Source: a virus. From it: a stretch of 64,000 nucleotides of DNA. Below, piece by piece: positions 28,589-36,591 of the stretch. A program made the position numbers and the translations under genes. The notes below the pieces were generated by a model. It did not search any database. It saw only the letters and a program-made list of their open reading frames with translations, and was not told where the DNA came from. The stretch covers positions 96,001-160,000 of the IMG/VR virus record IMGVR_UViG_3300048074_000120; one strand, given 5' to 3'. How positions within the stretch are numbered: the stretch's first letter is position 1; each line of letters starts with the position of its first letter.

Positions 28589-28979
28589 GCAAATCAATCC
28601 CGAACTGACGGGTCTCGGTCAAGCCCAAACGAACGATGCTCATAGCCACGCAGTTGTGAGAAGAGCGCATAGACGTGTAGAGCATGTTGCCAACGTATGT
28701 GACCAAGACCACCTCATAGCGGTGAGTGTATTTGCCAGGGTTGTCTTCTTTGTAGAGATCGTACTCATCGAGCACGTACTCGGACAGCTTCAGCACGTCA
28801 CCAACGTGAAAGCTTCTGTCGTGGTTTCGGCGAATCTCGTAGGTCTTTGCCAGCCTGCGCACTGCATGGAATTCAGCAGGCCACGTCTTGAGATCATGCG
28901 CCACGTGGATTGTATTTCCGTCCAGCAGTTTGTATGCCAGAGGGGCTTTGAGGTGGAGTAACCACCTTGGATACCGCAT
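28560..28979 (-). CDS. DUF3850 / ASCH-PUA-like protein
   Basis: HDLKTWPAEFHAV..KTYEIRRNHDRSFHVGDVLKLSEY. Confidence 0.8.
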   Translation of the reverse strand: MRYPRWLLHLKAPLAYKLLDGNTIHVAHDLKTWPAEFHAVRRLAKTYEIRRNHDRSFHVGDVLKLSEYVLDEYDLYKEDNPGKYTHRYEVVLVTYVGNMLYTSMRSSHNCVAMSIVRLGLTETRQFGIDLHVQPQIRLL

Positions 28980-29159
28980 CGCTCTCTCCTTCAGTGAAGG
29001 GCTTTCACTTTTTCTTTTTTGAAATTTATAACGATCTGGAGAAGGGATCTCTCAGAGGGTGTTCTCTCTAAAGCTAACTACTGAACAGGGTATTAGTAAA
29101 AGTAGCAATATAACTTTTGAAAATAATTTGGAGAGAGTGCTCGCGAGACAGAAAGCGCA

Positions 29160-29657
29160 CTAATCGGCATCTTCGCTGCCACTTCTTTCCGGAGACCTCT
29201 GGGAAGACCCATTTCCGGAACCACGTTTCTCTGGCCACCGATGGACCAGGGTAAAGGTCACTGGCCACTCTCCCCGGCGGCAGTCTCCACCCTCTTTGTC
29301 GATGTGAGGGACCAAGCTGTACCCCTCTGGCAATGACATGAGACCAATGGACACTGGGTTGGAGAGCCACTTCTCGAGCCGTTGCTCGATAGTTCGGAAC
29401 GGGTGTGGGGTCACAACGACGGTCTTGTCCTCGCCAAGGGCCATATCGACACCGACTTGGACATGCCCATTCTCCTCAATGGGCAGATTGGCCTTCACGG
29501 CTTCTACGGGGGTTGCTTCCTCAGGCACCGGATAGACGATGGTGTGCCTGGTCTTGTCTTCGTACTTCTTGCCTTTCTCAGCGGCATCCTTTTGATCAGT
29601 TGCCTCAAACTCGCCAAGGGGCTCTCTGGTTCTCGCACAAACGACTCTGAACTTCAC
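29160..29657 (-). CDS. Hypothetical protein
   Basis: SD GAGGAG; coupled. Confidence 0.6.
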   Translation of the reverse strand: MKFRVVCARTREPLGEFEATDQKDAAEKGKKYEDKTRHTIVYPVPEEATPVEAVKANLPIEENGHVQVGVDMALGEDKTVVVTPHPFRTIEQRLEKWLSNPVSIGLMSLPEGYSLVPHIDKEGGDCRRGEWPVTFTLVHRWPEKRGSGNGSSQRSPERSGSEDAD

Positions 29658-29920
29658 TTGGTTCTCCTCTCCTGCAGCGTTGCTGCCTTTTCAATCCCGT
29701 TCTCGAGTAATCGCTTCAACTCCTCCGTGGGGCCACTGAGACTCTTGTCCTTGCCATGGACTAGGGCCAGAGCGTCTGCAACAGCAGTCGCCTCGTCCAT
29801 GGTGAGCGTCACGCTGATAAACACCTGCTCGTAGGGAAGTAGATGGCTGATCATGGTTGAAGCTTCTGCATGTACCAGAACTTTGGCATGAAGTCTTCCT
29901 TCCTGTGCAAAGGACCTCAC
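29654..29920 (-). CDS. Hypothetical protein, first gene of leftward block
   Basis: Directly beside the strand switch. Confidence 0.55.
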   Translation of the reverse strand: MRSFAQEGRLHAKVLVHAEASTMISHLLPYEQVFISVTLTMDEATAVADALALVHGKDKSLSGPTEELKRLLENGIEKAATLQERRTK

Positions 29921-29936
29921 TCACGGCCTTATCTCG

Positions 29937-29963
29937 CAATCCAATTCGTTTTGCAGAGATAAG
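29937..29963 (+). promoter_or_regulatory. Repeated promoter motif, copy 4, overlapping a mirror copy on the minus strand
   Basis: CTTATCTCG-CAATCCAATTCGTTTTG-CAGAGATAAG; SD GGAGG, GTG 29986. Confidence 0.7.
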
Positions 29964-29985
29964 AGACGCGTAGGAGGAAAACACA

Positions 29986-30603
29986 GTGCACCACGCTTTA
30001 GACGATATACCGATCAACGCAACAACCAACGATTTACTCAAGAGGGGACGCTTCAACCTACGCCTACTGGCGGAAGAGCTTGGAGTGTTTGTTGATGAGG
30101 AAGCAAAAAGTTCATTCATGCAGTTAGACAACCAAGGGCAAGCTGAAGTTGTTCGCAATGCCTTACTGAAATCCAGGGGTTTGCCCCCTGTGGAACCCGT
30201 GGACATGCGACAGAAGGTAAGTAATGCCGTCCTGGCTAGGGTCACCAAAATGCGCGCCGATTCATCCGATACGTGGCACCTCTACAAAACTCAACAGAAA
30301 GTTGAATCTGTTAGAGGAGAGCTTGTCAGACAGTACGAGGCGCAACTCAACGCTCTTCGTATAGAAAACTATGGAGGCATTGAGCTTAGGGACAGGGCCC
30401 TCCTTCAGCTTCGCACAGAGTCAAACACGACTTGGGAAGAACTGAATCTTGAACGTGTGAGGCACAAAAAGACGAGCGTAGAGTTGGTACAAGCCAATGC
30501 ATTGCTGTCTGAGCTGCGCGCAAGAATCAGACAGCTGGAACTCCAGGTGCAGAAGCGCGAACGAGCTTCGAAAAGAAAGAAGAAGCCAGCTAGGCGCAAA
30601 TAA
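29986..30603 (+). CDS. Coiled-coil hypothetical protein with basic tail
   Basis: SD GGAGG; follows promoter copy 4. Confidence 0.7.
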   Translation: MHHALDDIPINATTNDLLKRGRFNLRLLAEELGVFVDEEAKSSFMQLDNQGQAEVVRNALLKSRGLPPVEPVDMRQKVSNAVLARVTKMRADSSDTWHLYKTQQKVESVRGELVRQYEAQLNALRIENYGGIELRDRALLQLRTESNTTWEELNLERVRHKKTSVELVQANALLSELRARIRQLELQVQKRERASKRKKKPARRK

Positions 30604-30623
30604 CCTCAAATCTCGGGGATAAG
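30597..30623 (+). promoter_or_regulatory. Repeated promoter motif, copy 5
   Basis: CAAATAACCTCAAATCT-CGGGGATAAG, then AAAGGTAGAGGAGG and ATG 30644. Confidence 0.75.
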
Positions 30624-30643
30624 AAAGGTAGAGGAGGAAACAC

Positions 30644-30982
30644 ATGCTCAAAGCCAATTCAAACGTTGCCATCGATGCCGCTGTTTTCAAGAAGGACACC
30701 ATCCCTCCAGCGAATCCCCAGACCCACATAACAACGCTGGCAGAAGGCTATACGCTCAGCTACGAGATGTACATGGCCCTCAGCAGAATCCCCATCGTGT
30801 ATGGGTCAGAGGACAACACAGCACTCATCTCCAAAGCTGACGCTTGGGCAGACATGGTTGTGCTCGGTGCTGCTCTGCGCGAGCAGAGTCTGCAAAAGCA
30901 AATCGAAGAGCAAGTAATACAACTTGAAGACTTAGAGATACAAGTGGCTGAAAGCGGTCTACGGACGCTCGGCACCTTGTAG
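30644..30982 (+). CDS. Hypothetical protein
   Basis: Promoter, SD and terminator all present. Confidence 0.75.
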   Translation: MLKANSNVAIDAAVFKKDTIPPANPQTHITTLAEGYTLSYEMYMALSRIPIVYGSEDNTALISKADAWADMVVLGAALREQSLQKQIEEQVIQLEDLEIQVAESGLRTLGTL

Positions 30983-30994
30983 TTTTACACTTGG

Positions 30995-31021
30995 GAGAGC
31001 CACACGGCTTTTCCTTAGCCC
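30995..31021 (+). terminator. Intrinsic terminator with TTAGCCC tail
   Basis: GAGAGCC-ACAC-GGCTTTT-CCTTAGCCC. Confidence 0.6.
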
Positions 31022-31029
31022 ACCATCAA

Positions 31030-31250
31030 CCATGCCGCGGGTGTAGACTGGTAGTTGCCGACCAGGCGTACAAAGGCCTCGGAGCATTGGTGCTTCCGGG
31101 GCCTTTTGCTTGGAAGCAACCGGCCCGCTGTATCGAAACATTCAGGGTTCAAGGGGATCGAGGCGTAGAATGGAATCTGCTCAACGTGTGGTCCTTTGCT
31201 GCCCCCGTGTGCGAAGAAAGGCCTCGGTTGGAAACGACCGGGGCCTTTCA
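31030..31250 (+). ncRNA. Candidate structured RNA or leader upstream of the sigma gene
   Basis: Two hairpins sharing the arms AAAGGCCTCGG and CCGGGGCCTTT (31072-31107, 31217-31248) plus smaller hairpins; no convincing ORF. Confidence 0.4.
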
Positions 31251-31260
31251 CTAAGTTGCC

Positions 31261-31839
31261 ATGTGCTCGTTGCACCTCAGTACTCCGGAAGAGCTGTTCA
31301 ACAACTACAAACGGCTTGTCGCCCCTATTGTCAGTCACTACTACAAAAAGCTTGGCGCTAGCGCATCGTACGACGAGCTCTACCAGTGGGGGCTGATCGG
31401 CCTTTGGGATGCCAGCAAGCGCTGGGTGGGTGAGATCGGGGGGTTTTCTTCTTACGCCAAGGGGCGCATCAGTGGGCAGATCATTGACGAGTATCGCGTC
31501 AGCACAAGTTACATTCGACGCCTTGGAAATAGCAAACAGCCCAAGTACGTAAATCTCGATGATGATAATGATGAAGAAAGACCCAACCTCCAGCTAGTTG
31601 CGTGTACACAGCCCCTAGAGCAAGTCATCCATACCCATAGGAACCTGCGACGTCTAAGTGCCGCTTTCTACGAATTGACTGGCAAAGAAATCTGTATCCT
31701 TCTTCTTTTCTACTTCGACGGCATAAAACTCCAAGAGATTGCAGAACAACTCGAACTCAGTGAAGCCCGCATCTGCCAGATCAAGACGGCCGCCATCAAG
31801 AAGCTCAAGCAGGCTACTTGCCTCGAGATTGATTTCTAG
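31261..31839 (+). CDS. Sigma-70 family factor, FliA/WhiG-like
   Basis: Region 2 DELYQWGLIGLWDASKRW..FSSYAKGRISGQIIDEYR; region 4 LTGKE..LFYFDGIKLQEIAEQLELSEARICQIKTAAIKKL. Confidence 0.9.
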   Translation: MCSLHLSTPEELFNNYKRLVAPIVSHYYKKLGASASYDELYQWGLIGLWDASKRWVGEIGGFSSYAKGRISGQIIDEYRVSTSYIRRLGNSKQPKYVNLDDDNDEERPNLQLVACTQPLEQVIHTHRNLRRLSAAFYELTGKEICILLLFYFDGIKLQEIAEQLELSEARICQIKTAAIKKLKQATCLEIDF

Positions 31840-31897
31840 CTACCTTGTCCTTGCCAGCTGGGCTCTTCAACCAGTCACCAGCCAGCGGAAGGACAAT

Positions 31898-32485
31898 ATG
31901 GAAACACCTAACAAGATAGCTGAGAACTACCAAGACAGCCCCATTCTCACGCACGGGACACGGCCTCTACTTGAACCCAGCAAGATCGAATGGGCTTCTT
32001 CTATGGACAGCCAAGTTGCTATACAGCTTACACATCTGGAAGCCAGCCACGAAAGAATTATCGAATTTCGTGTGCTCAAATACCACCTTGAAGGGAAAAA
32101 CCCCGAACACGAAGACTTCTATTCAGCAAGTACCCCATACAGAGCCATCGAGCACACTGGTAAGACCCTCGAAGAAGCTATCGGCGCTTTGCTGTTCTCC
32201 TATGCATGTCTATCCCGCGACGGAGCGTTCAATCCCCGCTTGCCATCGGAGCAAGGCGACCCACCTATCCAACATGTTATCCATATCCTGACAGAGAGAT
32301 TGAACTGGCATGTTGAGCGTCGACACCAGCACATGACAGAGGCTAGCATTGAGCCTGCGGGAGCACCTAACGCCCCGTATACAGGAAACCGAGACCAAGC
32401 GTTGTCGGCAACTAAAGACGACAACAAGATCATCGCAGCACTGGCCACAGCCATTGCGGCGCTCGGTCGCGTTGATGAGCTGTAA
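31898..32485 (+). CDS. Hypothetical protein
   Basis: SD AAGGA before ATG 31898. Confidence 0.65.
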   Translation: METPNKIAENYQDSPILTHGTRPLLEPSKIEWASSMDSQVAIQLTHLEASHERIIEFRVLKYHLEGKNPEHEDFYSASTPYRAIEHTGKTLEEAIGALLFSYACLSRDGAFNPRLPSEQGDPPIQHVIHILTERLNWHVERRHQHMTEASIEPAGAPNAPYTGNRDQALSATKDDNKIIAALATAIAALGRVDEL

Positions 32486-32535
32486 TTGAACAAAAGGCAC
32501 TTCCTCCGGTGATAACAACGCTGGAGGAAGTAGCC

Positions 32536-32760
32536 ATGCAGGCAATCAGCAACAGCACGCGTTGGGCATTCAATGTAGCCACACTCAATGACCTTCGCTG
32601 GCAACCAGAAAAGTCGAGTTGGACTCGTGCTTACGAGCAGCGGGTGTATTGGGGGACAGTGGAACTTCATCAAAAGATCGCCAATGGTGAAGGCAACGCC
32701 GTTGACCCAGCAGAGCCAGTGAGCGCACAGATGCTCCGCGAGATAGTCAAAGTCGCGTAA
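32536..32760 (+). CDS. Hypothetical protein
   Basis: SD GGAGG before ATG 32536. Confidence 0.65.
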   Translation: MQAISNSTRWAFNVATLNDLRWQPEKSSWTRAYEQRVYWGTVELHQKIANGEGNAVDPAEPVSAQMLREIVKVA

Positions 32761-32774
32761 TTTTCGGAGATAAG
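32748..32774 (+). promoter_or_regulatory. Repeated promoter motif, copy 6
   Basis: CAAAGTCGCGTAATTTT-CGGAGATAAG. Confidence 0.7.
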
Positions 32775-32793
32775 AGGGATGGAGGTAGCCAAC

Positions 32794-33084
32794 ATGATGA
32801 CAGTTTCCGATTCAAGGAAAACCATCGAGAACGCCATCCATAGTTTGCAGCGGTCTCTCGATGTACTGCTTTTGGCAGACGGCACGGTGATGGACACTCC
32901 CCTTGCCCAAAACGCGGCAACGATCCAAGAAGCAGCAGACGCCATTGCCGACGAAGCCACATTCATCGAACTCACCGAATCCCCTCGGGGCATCCTCTGC
33001 GCGCTGAGGGTGTCTCTCAAGAGAAAGCTGCTGCAGCGAAAGAAGCTGAAGCGCCGAACCATCTTTGTCACCGATCGTGAGTAA
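32794..33084 (+). CDS. Hypothetical protein
   Basis: Promoter copy 6 and SD GGAGG. Confidence 0.7.
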   Translation: MMTVSDSRKTIENAIHSLQRSLDVLLLADGTVMDTPLAQNAATIQEAADAIADEATFIELTESPRGILCALRVSLKRKLLQRKKLKRRTIFVTDRE

Positions 33085-33108
33085 TTTCCCCTCCAATTCG
33101 GGGATAAG
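33082..33108 (+). promoter_or_regulatory. Repeated promoter motif, copy 7
   Basis: TAATTTCCCCTCCAATT-CGGGGATAAG. Confidence 0.7.
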
Positions 33109-33126
33109 AAGAATGGAGGTACTCAC

Positions 33127-33399
33127 ATGTGTAATTCCAGCCAAAGTTGTTCAGCCACAAAGATCTCAGACAAAGCATTAGCCGATGGCATCGATGCAAT
33201 CTCGTCTGAGCTAGCCATGGCGAAGAGCAACATCCCGTTGGTGACGCAGCAGGAGCAGAGGGAAGAATTCATGGCAGCGCTGCACGAGCTCTTGCTCGCC
33301 GTCCAAGACGTCAACGTTGGCATCAATCAAGCCAATGACGCGTACGTTGCGGAGTTCGGGGAAAAAGAGCCCGACACGCTCAACGCGCTACAGCACTAA
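33127..33399 (+). CDS. Helical hypothetical protein
   Basis: Promoter copy 7, SD GGAGG, terminator. Confidence 0.7.
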   Translation: MCNSSQSCSATKISDKALADGIDAISSELAMAKSNIPLVTQQEQREEFMAALHELLLAVQDVNVGINQANDAYVAEFGEKEPDTLNALQH

Positions 33400-33409
33400 G
33401 TGAAAACGA

Positions 33410-33442
33410 GAAAATGGGTCACACCATTTTTTCGTAGCTCCG
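33410..33442 (+). terminator. Intrinsic terminator with TAGCTCCG tail
   Basis: AAAATGG-GTCACA-CCATTTT-TTCGTAGCTCCG. Confidence 0.6.
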
Positions 33443-33469
33443 CAAAGTCGGGTGGTTACAAGGAATAAG
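33443..33469 (+). promoter_or_regulatory. Repeated promoter motif, copy 8
   Basis: CAAAGTCGGGTGGTTAC-AAGGAATAAG, then AAGGGTAGAAGGAG. Confidence 0.65.
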
Positions 33470-33517
33470 AAGGGTAGAAGGAGATGATGCAAGCCAACTG
33501 GCGTGCATCGAAACACC

Positions 33518-33814
33518 ATGAAACAAACCCTACCCATCGCCACAGCAACGTTGATGTCTCTCTCCTGGGAAAAGCCACTCAACTTGGCCACTGGAAAAGG
33601 CTATGGCACCAACGAGTACAGCTCTCGAGATCGATACATCTACCGTAGACGCCCCAGTGCGTCAGCGACGCCGACACGACAGGAAGCTTCGGCATTTGAG
33701 TTCCACAGAGCCCCGTACGGACTTGCCTACAACTACAGGACGTGGACCGATGTTCCTGAGAGTTTGTGGGAGCCTGTTGACGCGTATGGCATGCCCGCAC
33801 GGCGCGCTGGCTAA
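33518..33814 (+). CDS. Hypothetical protein (alternative 54-aa frame from ATG 33484)
   Basis: Follows promoter copy 8; frame choice uncertain. Confidence 0.5.
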   Translation: MKQTLPIATATLMSLSWEKPLNLATGKGYGTNEYSSRDRYIYRRRPSASATPTRQEASAFEFHRAPYGLAYNYRTWTDVPESLWEPVDAYGMPARRAG

Positions 33815-33825
33815 ACATAAAATGA

Positions 33826-33861
33826 ACGGAGGGGTGTACCCTGACAGTACATCCCCTCCGT
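33826..33861. terminator. Strong hairpin between convergent genes
   Basis: ACGGAGGGGTGTAC / GTACATCCCCTCCGT; U-rich tail on the minus strand. Confidence 0.65.
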
Positions 33862-33862
33862 C

Positions 33863-33927
33863 GGTGCAGTTTCAGGAATCGAACCTGAGCCTCATCCGGC
33901 AGGGATTGGGCGTACCACTACAACTCC
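33863..33927 (-). pseudogene. tRNA-like remnant (perfect T-arm, reduced D-arm)
   Basis: TCAGG-TTCGATT-CCTGA T-arm; 5' GGAGTT pairs imperfectly with AACTGC; TAGTGGTA D-loop trace; about 65 nt, no clean anticodon arm or CCA. Confidence 0.4.
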
Positions 33928-34149
33928 TTTTTCTAGCGCAGCCTTGGCAGCGTCCATGGCTTCATCCTTGTTGTCTTTGCTGCCTGCTTCGAGCAGCATC
34001 TGACCGTTCCAGATCGCCCAATTATAACTCGTGCCGTCAAACGTTCCCTCGACCTTGGCGTGTAGCTGCGTACCTTTTACGGAGCCATACCAGCAGTCCA
34101 CATGCTGCCACTCGAGTTTGCGAGGAAATTCAACAACCTTGCCGGACAT
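33892..34149 (-). CDS. Small hypothetical protein
   Basis: Protein-like composition; fills the gap between plus-strand cassettes. Confidence 0.6.
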   Translation of the reverse strand: MSGKVVEFPRKLEWQHVDCWYGSVKGTQLHAKVEGTFDGTSYNWAIWNGQMLLEAGSKDNKDEAMDAAKAALEKGVVVVRPIPAG

Positions 34150-34153
34150 GATC

Positions 34154-34180
34154 TAAAGCCTAGCAGTTTTCAGGCATAAG
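34154..34180 (+). promoter_or_regulatory. Repeated promoter motif, copy 9
   Basis: TAAAGCCTAGCAGTTTT-CAGGCATAAG, then GGAGG. Confidence 0.6.
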
Positions 34181-34184
34181 CACA

Positions 34185-35393
34185 TTGGAGGTCACCCTGT
34201 CAAAGAAAGACCAAAAGGGGCGTGTGCACCGGAAGGAACAGAAGCTGAAAAAGAGCAGAGAAAAGCTGCGACAACGAGCAGCCACAGAACAGCTGCTGCA
34301 CCCACAAAAGTTACCGATGAATGAATCGATGCTTCCAGTTGGGATCCTGTTTTGGTATTTCGTCAGGTGTCTCTGGTTGGGTAAGGAAAACCCAAGGATG
34401 GGTGAATACAAGGATCATATTGAAAAGCTCATCACCAGCAACGACGCCATTGGCAGCGCAGCACAATTTGCGAGTGCTGCTTCCTTCATGATGAAGGAAC
34501 TACACCTAAGCTCAGAGTTTGTGGGAAAACTTGTCACATTTTTACAGCTATCTCTTCGACCAGAGAGCAGCAACATAAAGCAGCATAGTATTTTTGCTGA
34601 CTGGTATGACAATGGTATGCCAGTGATCGAGGTGGGGCACAAGCTTGCGGCGTCATACATGGCCACTCGGATCACAAAGGAGATGACTGCGAAAGCGCAT
34701 TTACCTTTCTCATCTTTCAAGATTCAAGTCCCGGCGGGGCTACTACAACTAACGGATTGCCTAACAGGCAAACCCGCGAACGTGACTGGACTGTACGTAG
34801 GCATTATGCTTGTGATGAGCACAGAACTCCGAGGCAAAGTCGAGGCATTGAGTGCAGAGGAAATTGCGCAGCAGTCTGGGCAACGCCCCTACATGCTATT
34901 AGTCAGCGACACAGGTACCTCGGCATGGCGGTCTTCATTCGATGCGGAAGAGGTGTTTACCTCTGCCGAAGTACCAGATGGAAAGTCTGCCGGACTGGAT
35001 ATGTCGCTGGAAGATCTGGACAAGCGGGCAATGATTTTGGCTGGGAGACTAGCAGCCAGCGTAATACTGCACATCAATGGCGGGGAAGGGTGCTCGAGAG
35101 TCGGCACTGGCCATGAGAACTTCGATAGCACAACGAACAGGCGCAAATCTCCTCTCCCAACGCATAGAAGATTTGTAATCACCAGAGATGTGCAACACGA
35201 TATGCGTGAAGCCATACGAGACTTCATGTCTGGCAACAGAAAAACTCTCAGCGTGCAAACCATGGTTACTGGGCACTGGCGGTGGCAGCCCTTCGGAGCA
35301 GGTAGAACTCAGGTGAAACACATCTTCATTGAGCCATTCTGGAGAGGCCCAGAAGATGCCCCTATCGCACTACGCAGACATAAACTTGAGTAA
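34185..35393 (+). CDS. Hypothetical protein, 402 aa, with conserved-looking C-terminal motif
   Basis: VTGHWRWQPFG..VKHIFIEPFWRGPEDAP; start codon uncertain. Confidence 0.75.
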   Translation: MEVTLSKKDQKGRVHRKEQKLKKSREKLRQRAATEQLLHPQKLPMNESMLPVGILFWYFVRCLWLGKENPRMGEYKDHIEKLITSNDAIGSAAQFASAASFMMKELHLSSEFVGKLVTFLQLSLRPESSNIKQHSIFADWYDNGMPVIEVGHKLAASYMATRITKEMTAKAHLPFSSFKIQVPAGLLQLTDCLTGKPANVTGLYVGIMLVMSTELRGKVEALSAEEIAQQSGQRPYMLLVSDTGTSAWRSSFDAEEVFTSAEVPDGKSAGLDMSLEDLDKRAMILAGRLAASVILHINGGEGCSRVGTGHENFDSTTNRRKSPLPTHRRFVITRDVQHDMREAIRDFMSGNRKTLSVQTMVTGHWRWQPFGAGRTQVKHIFIEPFWRGPEDAPIALRRHKLE

Positions 35394-35407
35394 TTTTCGG
35401 GGATAAG
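35381..35407 (+). promoter_or_regulatory. Repeated promoter motif, copy 10
   Basis: TAAACTTGAGTAATTTT-CGGGGATAAG, then AAAGATAGAAGGAGG. Confidence 0.75.
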
Positions 35408-35434
35408 AAAGATAGAAGGAGGTACAAATCAAGC

Positions 35435-36001
35435 ATGACGCTTGCTGCATTTTACTCAGATCCACACATCGGGCATGCCAACATCATCAAATACTGCGAG
35501 AGGCCTTTCACCGATGTGGAGGAAATGAACCAAACCCTGGTGCAGCGCTACAACGCCAAGATCGATCGCAAGGACGTTGTCCTGTGGCTGGGGGATTGCT
35601 TCTTCAAAGGAGACCCCACCCGTTATCGAGACACCCTCCTGCAAATGAACGGTACCAAAATCCTACTAGTTGGAAACCACGACGGCTCCATGCCGGCTAT
35701 GGCCAACCTTGGTTTTGCCTTGGTGCTGCAGGAAGCAGTACTCAATATTCGAGGGGTCACTTGCAGAGTGAATCACTACCCCTACGAGGCCATACCTGTC
35801 TACGAGAAGCCTGATAAGTTTGCCGCGCTTCGCCCGCGCAAGCATCCAGGAGAGATTCTCATTCACGGACACAACCACGCCAAAGGCCCTGTCAACGGCA
35901 ACCAAATCAACGTGGGCGTGGACGCTTGGGATTTTGGCCCAGCCATGTACTACGAAGTTGCCGACTTAGTAGATCGTATCAAGCAAAGGACAACTACATG
36001 A
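35435..36001 (+). CDS. Calcineurin-like metallophosphoesterase
   Basis: SDPHIGH, LGD, GNHD, HYP, HGHNH. Confidence 0.9.
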   Translation: MTLAAFYSDPHIGHANIIKYCERPFTDVEEMNQTLVQRYNAKIDRKDVVLWLGDCFFKGDPTRYRDTLLQMNGTKILLVGNHDGSMPAMANLGFALVLQEAVLNIRGVTCRVNHYPYEAIPVYEKPDKFAALRPRKHPGEILIHGHNHAKGPVNGNQINVGVDAWDFGPAMYYEVADLVDRIKQRTTT

Positions 36002-36426
36002 GCATCAAAGATTGGCATGTTGGGCAGTCTGTCGTCGTACACTTCCCGCACGCAAACCAAGGTTCTATCCGGCAGCTGGATACAGAAATTGTCAAGCTAG
36101 GTCGGAAATACATCACCGTCAGAGGGGTTCAAGGGGAGTTCGATGCGGACCTTCCCATTCCCCGCTCAGGCCAAGAAGAGCTGTACACGCCCGAGGGGTA
36201 CCAAGAGAAAGTGTACGTAACGAGTGTCTTACTCGAGCTTGACCGCAACAGATCTTTGTCGCGCATCCCAGCTCAAGTACTTATCCCAATAGGAGACTAT
36301 CTAGGGATTGAAAAACCTGAACATCTACAACCCAAGCAGGAGATAAACCATGTTGAAGAAGAACCTAAGCCAAGCAGTACTCATCCTCGCCGTCCTAGTT
36401 ACCGGCGTGCCAGCAAGGGCCAATGA
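35998..36426 (+). CDS. Hypothetical protein
   Basis: ATG 35998 overlaps upstream stop. Confidence 0.6.
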   Translation: MSIKDWHVGQSVVVHFPHANQGSIRQLDTEIVKLGRKYITVRGVQGEFDADLPIPRSGQEELYTPEGYQEKVYVTSVLLELDRNRSLSRIPAQVLIPIGDYLGIEKPEHLQPKQEINHVEEEPKPSSTHPRRPSYRRASKGQ

Positions 36427-36589
36427 CGTAGACAACACCTGCAGAGCCAAGCGGTTCCGCTGCGAGTCCTTCTGCAGTTCCAGCAACAAGGTGGGCTCGA
36501 TGGAGCACCTCAAGTGCAACGAGCAATGTCGAGACGACGAGAGCTTCTGTCGTAAAATAGGCTTTGCTCCAGACAGGAGGTACTACTAG
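36350..36589 (+). CDS. Small secreted Cys-rich protein
   Basis: Signal peptide ending PARA; six Cys; SD AGGAG. Confidence 0.7.
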   Translation: MLKKNLSQAVLILAVLVTGVPARANDVDNTCRAKRFRCESFCSSSNKVGSMEHLKCNEQCRDDESFCRKIGFAPDRRYY

Positions 36590-36591
36590 TC

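Noticed and set aside
33863-33927. Functional tRNA gene
   Set aside because: Too short, no proper D or anticodon stem, ends CCG rather than CCA; kept only as a remnant
35435-36001. Anti-CBASS Acb1 call for the phosphoesterase
   Set aside because: Acb1 is a 2H phosphoesterase; this protein has calcineurin-like motifs
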